A stretch of 32,954 bases of DNA from Octopus sinensis (taxonomy: Eukaryota), in NCBI RefSeq assembly GCF_006345805.1, contig NW_021832173.1:1-32954 (forward strand), written 5' to 3'. Positions within the stretch are counted from its first letter, which is position 1, and each line of letters starts with the position of its first letter. Positions 11,243 through 22,845 of the stretch are shown here, piece after piece. Made by a program: the position numbers and the translations under genes. The notes under the pieces are model-generated. The model saw nothing but the letters and a program-made list of their open reading frames with translations, did no database searches and was not told the DNA's origin.

Positions 11243-11644
11243 TACTATTTTACTTGTTTTCAGTCATCTGACTGCAGCCATGCTGGAGCACCGCCTTTAG
11301 TCGAGCAACTTGGCTCCGGGACTTATTCTTTGTAAGCCCAGTACTTATTCTATCGGTCTCTTTTTGCCGAACCGCTAAGTGACGGGGACATAAACACACC
11401 AGCATCGGTTGTCAAGCGATGTTGGATGGGACAAACACACACGCACACACACACACCACACACACACACACACGCACACACACACACACACATTCATATA
11501 TATATATATATATATATATATACGACGGGCTTCTTTCAGTTTCCGTCTACCAAATCCACTCACAAGGGTATAGTAGAAGACTGAACCAGGAAGCATTTGA
11601 TTGGTAAAGAAGCTACTTACCACACAGCCACTCATGCGCCTATA
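11243..11644 (-). mobile_element. SINE family B copy with internal deletions in the head
   Basis: Same tail, body and GCTACTTACCACACAGCCACTC head as 1315-1743; part of the head and B-box region is missing. Confidence 0.87.
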
Positions 11645-11858
11645 AGATATGAGCAAAATAAACAGTTTTATCACTCTCTAAACTAAATACAGTTCAAAAT
11701 GTTTATTCTTCTATAAACGTTTAGAGATTTTGTGGTGTAGTTAGCATCTTTATAATTTTTCTCAATCCAATTTTCTGAAAAACCAGTTTAAATCATTTTT
11801 AATCTGTACGATATTTTCCTTGAAACATTAGACCAGTACTTTTCAAAGGGCACAGCAG

Positions 11859-12285
11859 AGATCTTTTCGGTTTGAACGGCAGATTTTAACATAATTTCTA
11901 GGTAACTAAAAAAAATTTTAACTTCGTATACTGGTAGAATGTGTTTATAAAACATCTTTTTCTCTTGGCTTTATTGAGAAAATTCTATAGTTTGTAAGAT
12001 ATTTGTTGTTTTTTCTTCAATTTCTGCAATTTCAACCAATCACTGACGTCTATTGAGGTAACAAACATTCTGTGCCGTATGAATATGTCTCTCATTTAAG
12101 AAACAGATTGGATTTATTTACATTTGTGAAGAAAAAAGATAAACTTCCCCCCACCCCCACCCCTAACCCTAACCCTAACCCTAAAATAGATTGAAATGCA
12201 ATAGATCAATACTAGGGTCATAATTATGGGTGACAATTTCATATGACACTGCTAGAAAAAACTGCCGTTCAAACCGAAAAGATCC
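11859..12285. mobile_element. MITE copy 2 (TIRs, perfect 8-bp TSD, internal CCCTAA x4)
   Basis: AGATCTTTTCGGTTTGAACGGCAG ... CTGCCGTTCAAACCGAAAAGATCC. TSD cacagcag at 11851-11858 and 12286-12293. CCCTAA x4 at 12161-12184. Confidence 0.92.
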
Positions 12286-12430
12286 CACAGCAGCAACACC
12301 TAAGGACAGTGGAACACTTTCTATATATTTTGTATGGATACTGTGGACAACGAACGTAGCAGAGAATGATGGATTCCCCTTGCCTTGGTTTTGATTGTCA
12401 GCGAATCATCCGGTAATATGGTCGAAATAA

Positions 12431-12590
12431 GGCGGTGAGCTGGTATTTCGGCCGTCTTTACGTTCTGAGTTCGAATTCCGCCGAGGTCGACATTACCTTT
12501 CATCCTTTCGAAATCGATAAAATAAGTGCCATTTAAGCACTAGGGTCAATGTAATCGACTTACTTTTTTCTCCAGAATTTTTGGTCTTTT
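12431..12590 (+). mobile_element. SINE family A copy with deletion in the tRNA-like head
   Basis: GGCGGTGAGCTG joined directly to GTATTTCGGCCGTCTTTACGTTCTGAGTTCGAATTCCGCCGAGGTCGAC...CCTTTCATCCTTTCG. Confidence 0.82.
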
Positions 12591-12677
12591 GAAAGCAATA
12601 TTAACGGTCGAAATGCAGCTCAGACATACGATATTATATTGACGAAATAACTTATGGTGCGAGTAGTTTTTTCACAG

Positions 12678-12899
12678 TACTCTCTTTTACTCTTTTACTT
12701 GTTTCAGTCATTTGACTGCGGCCATGCTGGAGCACCGCCTTTAATCGAGCAACTCGACCCCGGGACTTATTCTTTAGTAAGCCCAGTACTTATTCTATCG
12801 GTCTCTTTTGCCGAACCGCTAACTAACGGGGACATAAACACACCAGCATCGGTTGTCAAGCAATGCTAGGGGGACAAACACAGACACACAACACACACA

Positions 12900-12963
<64 letters not shown>

Positions 12964-13138
12964 CATATATACGACGGGCTTCTTTCAGTTTCCATCTACC
13001 AAATCGACTCACAAGGCTTTGGTCGGCCCGAGGCTATAGTAGAAGACACTTGCCCAAGGTGCCACGCAGTGGGACTGAACCCGGAACCATGTGGTTGGTA
13101 AACAAGCTACTTACCACACAGCCACTCCTGCGCCTATT
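12678..13138 (-). mobile_element. SINE family B, near-complete copy with long (TA)n core
   Basis: Tail (tactctttt)n at 12678; head with intact GGGTTCAGTCCC B-box and TGGCTGTGTGG A-box on the minus strand; ends at gcgcctat. Confidence 0.92.
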
Positions 13139-13383
13139 CGTAGTTAAAAAATCAGTAGCAATTTTTTGTGGTGAATTCAATTCTGTTAAATCTAAACAAA
13201 AAGCAAAACCAACGATAGTTAAAATAACGTCTGAGAAGTTCGACAGTAGATCTAGATTGTAACATTTGCTAAGAAATAAGACTTGTTTTTTTTTATTTCT
13301 TTTGCTTTGTTTTTTCTTTCTTTACATCTAATAAAAATAATATTCAGACACTCCAAATGATCCCATCTATCAAGATGTATATA

Positions 13384-13515
13384 TACTCTTTACTCTTTTA
13401 CTCTTTTACTTGTTTCAGTCAGTTCACTGCGACCATGTTGGAGCACCGCCTTTTAGTCGAGCAAATCGACCCCAGGACTTATTCTTTGGAAGCCTAGTAC
13501 TTATTCTATCGATCT
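13384..13515 (-). mobile_element. SINE family B 3' fragment
   Basis: (tactcttt)n tail plus gagcaccgccttttagtcgagcaaatcgacccc body, truncated. Confidence 0.82.
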
Positions 13516-13578
13516 TTTCTGCATGGTCGATGACGGTCGCTTTGCAGTTGTTCGATTGAACTAAAATTTTGCATAGAT

Positions 13579-13638
13579 TACTCTTTTCTCTTTACTCTTT
13601 TATTTGTTTCTGTCATTTGACTGCGGACATGCTGGAGC
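13579..13638 (-). mobile_element. SINE family B extreme 3' fragment abutting the broken 3' end of Tx1/L1 copy 1
   Basis: tactcttttctctttactcttttatttgtttctgtcatttgactgcggacatgctggagc. Confidence 0.72.
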
Positions 13639-16600
13639 CTTATTTTCTTTTGAGGTGGTATGTGAAATAGTTTATTAAACCCTGGCCAACGAGAAAGTTG
13701 CCCATCTTAATTCCTTTCACTCTCGTCAACCACACGATCTCTTTCGCTATAGCCACCAAGTAGAGAAAAGTTGCCTGCCTTTCCCAGCTAAGGGAAGCTG
13801 GTGGAAATCAACGGACACTGTATGATAGCGTGCAGAACAGTTTCGTTGCCCTGTTCACATCTCGGACATGTTCGTGTGTCTGCACATCTGTGCCTGAAGA
13901 GTTTATCGCGAACAGGCAGAGCTCCTCGGTAGCACTGCCAGGTCAGAGATTTCTGGTGATTATCCATGGGCCCCGACCCAAAGTCCTCCGGAACAGATTG
14001 GTGAGTTGATCATCATCGAAACCCAGAGTCTCCCCACGACATCGTCGCACTTACCAGCCACTAACACTCTATAAAAGGACGAGGTGGAGACCCCCTCCGC
14101 TCGAATTGCTCGTCCGACAGAGAAGTGAGAGAGCCAGATGACACTTGGCTTGCCAAACACCCAACCTACATCTACGTTTTATCCACGAGCTCAGTTCATT
14201 AAATGAGTTAAACTGTGGAAAGACGAGTTTCACGAAGGGCGACCACACATGTTCACCGTCTAGGTAGAGCTGGAGATATCTTAGCCTTAGTGCATATCTG
14301 CGCATTTTCAGCCAAGGCGTGCCCAGCCCTCCATTTAGCAGTAGTCGACAGCAAATAGAACGTCTGACCAGTGAACCTCTGTCTCTCCTCAAAAAGTGGA
14401 AAAACAGTCACTCCAGTTTGACCAAACACGAATCTGGGGTAGGTGATGACGGATGCGATAAACACATTCGCTACCTCCACCCTCTCTTTCAAGGACAGCG
14501 TCCTCTCGGCCCATTTCTGGGTGAGATTGGCCACTCTGCTCGTAACCTCACCCCAGTTCCTCTCTACTTGTAGGTCCGGACCGAACCAGACTCCGAGCAA
14601 TTTCACTGGGTCATCTGTCCAATGTCCTACGACGTTGTTAGGTGGCATGGACCTGCCTCTCCAGGTGCCGAGATGCAGGCCGACCGACTTATCACGGTTT
14701 ATTTTTGCCCCTGATACCTCTTCGTACTCCCTAATGGCATCCCCTACTAGACGCAGGTGTCTGTCACAGATGACGGTGGTGTCGTCCGCATACGCTGTTA
14801 CTGTCCTCCCGCACCCTAGATCACTCGGAACACCCTTCAAGGTCCCTGCAGTAATGGCTCAAGGGCCAGAACATACAGAAGGGAGGATAGGGGACATCCT
14901 TGGCGGACCGAACACACGATACTGAACAGCTCTGAAAGATGATTGTTCATCCGAACTATCGATTTAATGTTTCCGTATAAGGCGATGATACAACCGCAGA
15001 AGTCCGGGCCAAACCCGGGCGTTTCAAGGACTGTCGCCAGATAGTGGTGGTCAACCCTAGCGAATGCTTTAAACTGATCTAAATGTATCGTACGTCTCCT
15101 ATACCAAGATTATTAATCACTCTGTCTATGGTGTAACGTATGAGGTGGACGTTGTCGTGGATTGTTCTGGATGGAATGGCGCATGCTTGCGCCCTCCTAA
15201 CTAGTTTATCGACTACAAGCGCCAACCTCTTGCCTAGCACCTTGGCCAAAATCTTCATCTCAGCATTAAGCAGAGTGATGGACCTAAAGTTATCTATAAC
15301 GTCCCCCTCGTCTGGGTCCTTTCTTAGCAGCACCACGGTCCCCCGATTCACAGAGCTAAGAATGCACCTATTATGTTGCCAGTTGGCGTAGATATTTGCC
15401 AGTAGGTTCCCAAACAATTCTGGTATATTACTATAGAATTCATAGGGCAGACCTTCTAGACCCGGCGACTTGCCACCAACGCAGCCCGATAGGACCTCTT
15501 CCACCTCCACAGCTGTGATCAGCCCTTTACAGCACTCCACCTCCCGCGCTGAGAGTCGCGGCAGACCAACCAGGAAGTCCGAGAAGTCCACCGCTCGTTC
15601 CGAACAGCTGAGCGAAGTGGTGGTGAAGGACCTTACACATTTTGTCGGGTACATTAACCGTGCATCCATTTTGGTCGACTAAAGACCGTATGGTAGTTTT
15701 ATTTCCACTTTGGGTCTCTACTACGCAGGCCCATCAACGTTGATTCCCTCTTGTCTCATAGTACGTTACTTAGCTCTGACAATGCAACCTTCGTGCTTGG
15801 CATTGAGGTGTCTAGGGCCAATCTCGCTGCCAGAACGTTAGAAGCATTGCCAGATTTTAGGGTGTTCACTAAGTCCCTTTCTATTCTATTTTTCTAATGC
15901 TAAGACTTTGCTATATCTACGTGACTCAAACACTAGTTGTAATTGACGATGGCTCCTGTTAATGCCCTTAATAATAATTCTCTAATCCGGTCACTGTAGG
16001 CTTTACAAGCCAGGAGTGACGTGTTTAGCTTCCAGTAAGCGGGGCCCTGTCTACAAAATCTATCTATGTCAAACTTACAAACTACAAACTTGTGATCCAT
16101 ATAACAGACTATCTGAAATTGTGGACAACTAACACTAGATTTATCACCTAGCCTAATGGATACTCTAAGTAGGATCTGGAAAACCCGGTGCTGTTAGTCC
16201 ATGTTCACATAGGAGCATCCAGGTGATCCATTCTTAACCTGTCAGCCAGTTAAAAGCGACATAGCAGATCTATTTCTATTTGGAGTTGAGCCAACACACT
16301 CCACACGTGCATCTAGGATTGTCTTAAAGTTACCTATTAACACTAACGTGAGTGATATTCCAAGGAGGGCGTCTGAAGTAGTCGGATTACTCTGTGTCGT
16401 TTGGGGCAGAAACTGCAACCAGTCTGAAGGCGTTGCCACTGCTATGTGTCGCGTCAAGCTTGCCTTTCTGGGTCCACAAGGATTGTCATGATTTCTAAAT
16501 CCAGGCCTTTCCAGAATAAGACCACTATTCCTACGCCTCCTCTAGGCTGGCTTGAAGATATGTAGATCTCACAACCCTCGAAGAAGGGTGAAAGAGCTTG

Positions 16601-16695
16601 TGATCGGATTAGCTGAGATCGTTCAGCAAGCGTGCTTGCTGCCAATACGATCCCAAGCCATGCACATTCACACAGCCAAGCTTGAACAAAACCAT
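13639..16695 (-). pseudogene. LINE ORF2 pseudogene: AP endonuclease - reverse transcriptase - C-terminal CCHC
   Basis: ATG at 16695: MVLFKLGCVNVHGL (APE motif I). Then AFRLVAVSAPND and GNFK (GDFN-like, 16323-16334); KSPGLEGLPYEFY, FRSITLLNAEMKILAKVL, QACAIPSRTIHDN; YADD at 14781-14792; KSVGLHLGTW; VKLLGVWFG; CPRCEQGNETVLHAIIQC (13812-13870). Many stops and frameshifts. Confidence 0.9.
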
Positions 16696-17093
16696 GATGA
16701 ATGGAATTAATTACTTACTTGGAGATGAGGGGATGTGACTTTATCCTCCCCTCCCGGTGTATCTTGTGTGGCGTTCTTGGTAGAGTTTTGAAGATTGGGG
16801 AGTGGTGTAGATTTATCCTCCCTCCCGTCATGGCTTGTGGGGCGTCGTTGATTAAGTTCCGGTAAATGTGTAAAGTAAAATTTAATTGTAATGTTCTAAT
16901 ATCATTAGGATATTGTTCATGTAGTTCCGTATGTGAATGGCAGTCAAGTTTTATTAATTGTATGTGTTAAGGAATTTGTGAAAGTGAGTGGGGGGCGTTG
17001 AAAGGTGATGTGCCGGGATTTTCGTTTATGTGTTTTGTTAACTGTGTGTTTTTTGTGTTGATTGCCGTGACAGATTCTGGAGTATGACAGATT

Positions 17094-17262
17094 CTTTACA
17101 GTACTCCACCTCCCGCGCTGAGAGTCGCGGCAGACCAACCAGGAAGTCCGAGAAGTCCAACAGCTCGTTCCGAACAGCTGAGCGAAGTGCTGGTGAAGAA
17201 CCTTACACATTTTGTCGAGTACATTAACCGTGCATCCATTTTGGTCGACTAAAGACCGTATG
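17094..17262 (-). repeat. ~169-bp duplicate of ORF2 segment 15525-15692, inserted in the ORF1 3' region
   Basis: ctttacag(c/t)actccacctcccgcgctgagagtcgcgg...ttggtcgactaaagaccgtatg present at both sites, with a few substitutions and one 1-nt indel. Confidence 0.92.
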
Positions 17263-17904
17263 TTCGGGGGGTTCGGGGTGGGGACTTGTATTGTGGTGTG
17301 TGTCTGTGGGACGGTGTGTGTATGTGGGGGGTCGTGGAAGTATTTATTCTTTTCCTTCTTTTTTTAGCCACCTCATCCCATTGTTTTGTTGTGGGGTTGT
17401 CTTACCTTTTTGTGATAGTGTTCGTGCTGGTTGGTGTATGGTTTTGTTTGTTGGTGTTATCTTTGGGGTCTCACTCGTTTTGATGCCTGGGATGGGGTTT
17501 ATTAATGCTATTGTGTTGGTGTTGGTTGCCTTGGCCAAGTGTTTTGGAGGCACGTCTGTTGGAGGGTGTCTCGTTTCTGAGGTACCCAATGGGCAAGATA
17601 TTCTAATGTGATCTTTTGACCGCATTTGTAACATCTGGCCCTTCGCCCCACCACCATGACTCGGAGGGCTGCGCCATTTGGTAAATTTATTAAATCGGGT
17701 ATAATCTCCAGATCCTTTCTGTGTGGCCTGTACGATGATTTCGAGGCCTTGGCTCCACCAGTTTTGCTGGTGCAGCTTCGTGACCTGCAGTATGGAAACG
17801 CTACTTTCCAAATCCAGCAAAACCAAAATCCAGCCACGAGCCACACCCCGTCAATTTCTGGTAGGACCTCTCCAATTTTTAATTTAGACGTTGATTTTCA
17901 AAGG

Positions 17905-18122
17905 TACTCTTTTACTTGTTTTAGTCATTTGACTGCGGCCATGCTGGAGCACCGCCTTTTAGTCGAGCAAATCGACCCTGGGACTTATTCTTTGTAAGCC
18001 CAGTACTTATTCTATCGGTCTCTTTTGCGGAACCGCTAAGTGACGGGGACGTAAACACACCAGCATCGGTTGTCAAGCAATGCTAGGGGGACAAACACAG
18101 ACACACAAACACACACACACAT

Positions 18123-18167
<45 letters not shown>

Positions 18168-18177
18168 ATTATATATA

Positions 18178-18224
<47 letters not shown>

Positions 18225-18364
18225 TACGACAGGCTTCTTTCAGTTTCCGTCAACCAAATCCACTCACAAGGCATTGGGCGGCCCGGGGTTATAGCAGAAG
18301 ACACTTGCCCAAGATGCCACGCAGTGGGACTGAACCTGGAACCATGTGGTTGGTTAGCAAGCTA
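17905..18364 (-). mobile_element. SINE family B nested in LINE ORF1; head truncated before the A-box
   Basis: Full tail, body and (TA)n core; homology stops at ggttggttagcaagcta. Confidence 0.9.
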
Positions 18365-19102
18365 AGTATTCCTTTGCTTCTTCTTCGGAAGCGAACCTTA
18401 CCTCCACAGTGCCGTGCCTTTTTCCTCTTGCTACGTATATCGCTCCATATGGGCTGCAAGCACTTTTCTATTGTTACCTTTGGCACATATTCGACTTATT
18501 TTCGTGTTTAGTGAGTTTTAAATATAATTGTTTTTCTAGCTGTTTGTTGAATTATATCACCGGGCGGAGCTAAGTTTATATTGTTTCCTTCACATTTTGC
18601 TAAGCTCTTATATTTTTCTAGGTCTGCCTGGTTAATCTTTAGGTTTCCCTGGTTTATAGTTGCAACCAACGCGAAACCGCGTCTGTTTGGTTTGCTTAAT
18701 TCATTTTCTTTGTCATTCTCTTTTATTGTTGCACGTTGGGGTGTCCTTTGTATAATTTGTCGTATATTTCTGGGTTCACCTCCTCCTGTTCGCGACAGGG
18801 AAGTACTGGGAACATTTCTTGGCACATTTCGTTGAGCCTGTTGATATTGAGGGCGACGTCTGTGTTTTGACTGGAAGCCTACACAAGACGTTGCAAAAAA
18901 TTCCAATTCGCCCCTTGAAGGGGGAATTTCTAGACTCGATGCTTCCCTTGCTAAGCAGGTTTGGAATCGATAACACACAAAAATTAACGATAAAATAAAC
19001 AGAATTTAGATAGATAAATGGCAGGACTCACGTGATGAAAATTCACGTCCGTTCGGACGAAATTGTCGAACCTGAATACGTCATCTAACGACGGGAGAGT
19101 CC

Positions 19103-19121
19103 ATCATATATATGTGTGTGT

Positions 19122-19160
<39 letters not shown>
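19103..19160. repeat. (TA)/(TG)/(GA)n microsatellite between two Tx1/L1 copies
   Basis: Pure (GA)n at ~19129-19160. Confidence 0.95.
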
Positions 19161-19162
<2 letters not shown>

Positions 19163-20868
19163 TTTCTTTATTAGCCACACAGAGAGAACAAATTACAAAG
19201 TAGAGCTTTTCTTTTTGGGGAGGAAAAATAAAAGAAAAGAAAAGTAAAGATAAAAAATAAAAAGTGGGGTAAGTTTTCGGACAAAAAGGGATCGTAAAAA
19301 GAGAGAGAAAAAAACGATCAATAGGGATCGTGTATCACAGAAATGTCATGATTTAAAGTATAAAGGGAGAAACAGATAGGGTTTATCTGTGGAAAGAAAA
19401 GCCTACGGAAAAAAAGACCACGGTAACCTCGGTCAATAATGTCACATGTTAACACATTTATTTACAAGTACGTAACTCTCTGTCTTAAATTTTTCCGGGT
19501 TCATAGGATTATGCTCAAGGTGGCTTCGTCATTCATACGTACCATCCTTGCTACATTCACCCATCTTTTTTTGAAACATTCAAAACTTGCCTCTCTACCC
19601 TCACTGTTCTTTTCAAGTGATACTTGAAGAAGTTGATGAGAGATTGACCAGAGAGGAAAGTGTTTGTCTCCAATCCTTTCAGACGCGTCCACCAGATACA
19701 TTCTTTCGCCATAGCCACAAGTATGATAAAAATAGCTCTTCCTTCCCGTTTGAGGGAAGGAGGCGTGACAATATTGACGATAGACTCAGCTGATAAACCG
19801 ACTCGTCCCACACGTGACAGCAGTCATTCGACATAAGCCCACAGGTCGGAAATGGTTGGACACTGCACGATTGCGTGCAGAACGGTTTCGTCGCTCTGAC
19901 CGCATCTCGGGCAGGTCGGCCTCGTGTTTCTCGAGTCGTGTCTGTAGAGCTTATCCCGAACGGGTAGCGCTTCTCGGTAGCACTGTCAGGCCAGGGATCT
20001 CTGGAAGTTGTCCATAGGTCCCGGCCCGAAAGTCGTCTTGAACAGGCGGGTCAGGTATTCCTCGTCGACGCCCAGGTTCGCCCCGATATCGTCGTCGTAC
20101 CTCCCCTCCACTAATCCCCTATAGAATGCTTTGGTTGTGTTGAAGTCGCTCAAGGTCGATCCGGGACGGCATAGTTGCTTGAGAGCAACGCGACACTCGC
20201 GGTGCCATTCGCCCTTCCTCGGCCTCTTTTTGATCCACGACTGCAGTTCGGTCATGGAGACGAGTTGCGGGAAAGCGTGCCTCAAAAACGGCGACCACAC
20301 CTGTTCACCGTCGTCTACGTAGAGCCGGAGATGTCGCAGTTTCAGCGCGTGTCTGCGCACCATCAACCACGGCATGCCCAGTCCTCCTTTTTTAACGGGT
20401 GTTGACAGCAAATGGATCGCCTAACCATTGGGACGCATCCTTTCCACAAGAAGCGGAAGAGAATGCGTTCTAGTTTGGTGATGGTAGGATCGGGACAAGG
20501 CACGACGGTCAGGTGATAGTAGATGACGGACGCGATGTACGTGTTCGCCACATCCGACCGACCTTTTAAGGACAGTTTACTTTCGGCCCATTGCCGGTCG
20601 AGAGTGACCACCCTACTCGTTATCTCGTTCCAGTTCTTCTTCATATGGAGGTCCGGACCAAACCAGACCCCGAGCAACTCAACCGGACCGTCGGTCCAGC
20701 GTCCCACGACGGAAGCGCTGGTGGACGGCATGGGCTTGCTTCTCCAGGTGCCGAGCCGCAAGCCCACTGACTTTTCCCGGTTGATTTTCGCTCCTGTCAC
20801 CGCTTCGCAGTTTTTCAGTGTCTCGTCGACCAGCTCGATGTGCTCGTGGCTAGACACTATGACGGTGA
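19161..20868 (-). mobile_element. Tx1/L1-clade LINE copy 2, 5'-truncated just after YADD, with intact 3' UTR ending AATAAAGAAACA next to (TC)n
   Basis: TVIVSSHEHIELV...AKINREKSVGLRLGTW...VELLGVWFGPDL; KKGGLGMPWL; CPRCGQSDETVLHAIVQC (~19860-19918); LINFFKYHLKRTVRVERQ; KKRWVNVARMVRMNDEATLSIIL*. Clearly homologous to, but diverged from, copy 1. Confidence 0.9.
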
Positions 20869-21369
20869 GATAGATCATAAGGAAAGTTAGACAAGAAATC
20901 ATAAACGGTGGCAATTATATGAGATGTTACATTATATGCGATGTTAATTATATGAGCTGTCTCTGTAGGGACACCATATTACGTTATGCAATCATAATAT
21001 ACTACAAAGTATATTAAACGCCTTTATAAGTCAATACTGTATCCCTTATAAGTCCTTAATATTTACGTACGAGCTTCCAGGAATGTGTTTAATAAGTAAA
21101 ATTGATATATCCAGCAATGCAACACCACTATATTTAGTGGCTATTTAAACAGTGAATTCGTGAATAGTTATGGACTTGGATGGGTACTGATGAAAGAACA
21201 AGAAGTCCTGAAATGTGGCATACACACCCATTGCCCATTTTTCATCTTCGGTCTCATAGTTGTTTCCATTAAGCGTACTCGGGTACGAAACATCGTAACA
21301 AAATCAGTGTTGGCTATAATTTATATTTAAAAAAAGCCATAGAGATTGCCTTAACAAGTTACATACTGG

Positions 21370-21580
21370 TTTTGAAATACTGGAACAAAGTCAGTAACTT
21401 TAGGAGAGGGACAAGTCGATTAGATCGACCTCAGTGCTAAACATGTATTTATTTTATTGACTCGAACGGATGAAAGGTAACGTCGACTTCAGCCGCATTT
21501 GAACTCAGAACGTAAAGACGGACGAAACGCGGCTAAACATTTTGCCCGGCGAGCTAATGATTCTGCTAGTTTGCCGCCTT
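21370..21580 (-). mobile_element. SINE family A, diverged full-length copy
   Basis: Minus strand GGCGGCAAACTAGCAGAATCATTAGC...TTACGTTCTGAGTTCAAATGCGGCTGAAGTCGAC...CCTTTCATCCG. Confidence 0.78.
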
Positions 21581-21656
21581 AATGAGGTGTTACATATTAC
21601 AGGATAAAAATAGTTCTTTACAGCTGTTTCAAAAATTAGGAGAATTGTTGACATTA

Positions 21657-22020
21657 TCTCTACATATATAAACGGCAAAATGTCTGTGTGTGTATCCTTT
21701 ATACAAATCCACAATTTTTCAGTCGGAGGGCTCGCACTTTCTACGGTCATTCAAAATCGTCCAAGGGTGGTCGTGCATATCTTTACATTTCCCCAGTCAC
21801 CCCTAAAAGCCATTAAAACATCAATAGAAGTGACTTTTTTGTGAATTTTCTATCCAAATCCCAATCAAAATGCCCAAAACTTGATACGCCAATTGAATGC
21901 CAGCTAGCTGTACATGATTGGTCGGAGATTTGGACAGTACTCGCGTGTATGTGCGCACGCACGCAGCTGTATATGCATGCACTAGCATTATGACCCGGCG
22001 TTGCCGGGTCATAGTGCTAG
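21657..22020 (+). mobile_element. Non-autonomous Helitron copy 2
   Basis: A|TCTCTACATATATAAACGGC 5' end; subterminal GC hairpin GACCCGGCGTTGCCGGGTC; CTAG|T 3' end; inserted between A and T with no TSD. These are the canonical Helitron hallmarks. Confidence 0.85.
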
Positions 22021-22382
22021 TAATGTATATTATGCAAACTGGTGTAGACATGAGGCAGTATTGTTCAAAGCATGTAAGCAAAAATATTATCAAGTCGCAT
22101 GAAGCTAGGTACGCGATGGCCTTTATACGGGAATCAAAGAACATTTTCTTCAGAAGGATGATTGGTAAATACAGTAATAGGAGAACACGTATTCTTGATG
22201 AATACAGGCATCGGTAAAATAGATCGAGAAATAGAGGGACAATCTTCGGATTGGGTCACACACAAACTCTTCTTTCAATAAATATTATTCTACTCTACCT
22301 AACGATGGTATTTAGTACTTTCTTCCACTTATGTTCATTTCACAGCAGTGTGATACTTACTATTCATATTATGTATCTGTGC

Positions 22383-22412
22383 GTATGTATGTATGTATGT
22401 ATGTATGTATGA
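22383..22412. repeat. (TATG)n microsatellite
   Basis: Direct reading. Confidence 0.9.
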
Positions 22413-22845
22413 ATGCGAGCGAGATCGTGCGCGTGTGGATGTAGGTGTATAATCGTAAGCATGTATGTGTGTGTATGAGTAAGCGTGTATGTGCAAGATG
22501 TGGAAGATCAAAAACAAACGTGCACCTGCAAAATTCTTTTCCTCTCAATTCTTGTTTTCTCAGTTCGAAAGTTTTAAACAAATCAGGATTTCTTGTAATT
22601 TAATTATTATAATCACGTATTTTTTTTGTATGCTTTTCCTAATTTTATTCCTTTATTTGCTCTTCTATTTCTTTCTCTTAAAAGAGTACCTTCGCTTTGG
22701 AGTCTTTCTAAAGATTTTCTGTTCCATCCTTTTTTTAATGTTTTTTACAACTATTTCGGGAGTTTGGCGGCTAATACTCAAAGAAAAGTGATCTCGTAAG
22801 AAAGTAATGGTTTTCTAATATATCAGAAAGCTTTATTATTATTAT

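Larger units (their letters stand above)
16750..18980 (-). pseudogene. LINE ORF1 pseudogene (RRM-like region + gag-type zinc knuckle), interrupted by a SINE and an ORF2-derived insert
   Basis: YVARGKRHGTVEVRFASEEEAKEY (RNP-like, ~18370-18435). LRVMVVGRRARCYKCGQK-DHIRISCP is CX2CX4HX4C across a 1-nt frameshift (~17590-17640), followed by a T/P/K-rich tail. The 3' boundary is approximate. Confidence 0.72.
13639..19102 (-). mobile_element. Tx1/L1-clade LINE copy 1, near full length (5' end, ORF1, ORF2; 3' UTR lost), decayed, with a nested SINE
   Basis: Ordered domains on the minus strand: structured 5' end (19024-19102), ORF1 with RRM-like and CCHC motifs, then ORF2 with APE, RT and CCHC. See the ORF features. 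Confidence 0.85.

Noticed and set aside
14253-15669. Track ORFs (195 aa, 196 aa) as functional host genes
   Set aside because: They are fragments of a frameshifted LINE ORF2, annotated as pseudogene.
19030-19064. Hammerhead ribozyme (GTGATGA...GTCC-GTTC-GGAC-GAAA)
   Set aside because: Stem II plus GAAA looks right, but the core is GUGAUGA rather than CUGAUGA, 8 extra nt separate it from stem II, no stems I/III with an NUH site were found, and it is antisense to the LINE. Kept only as a general structured-end finding.
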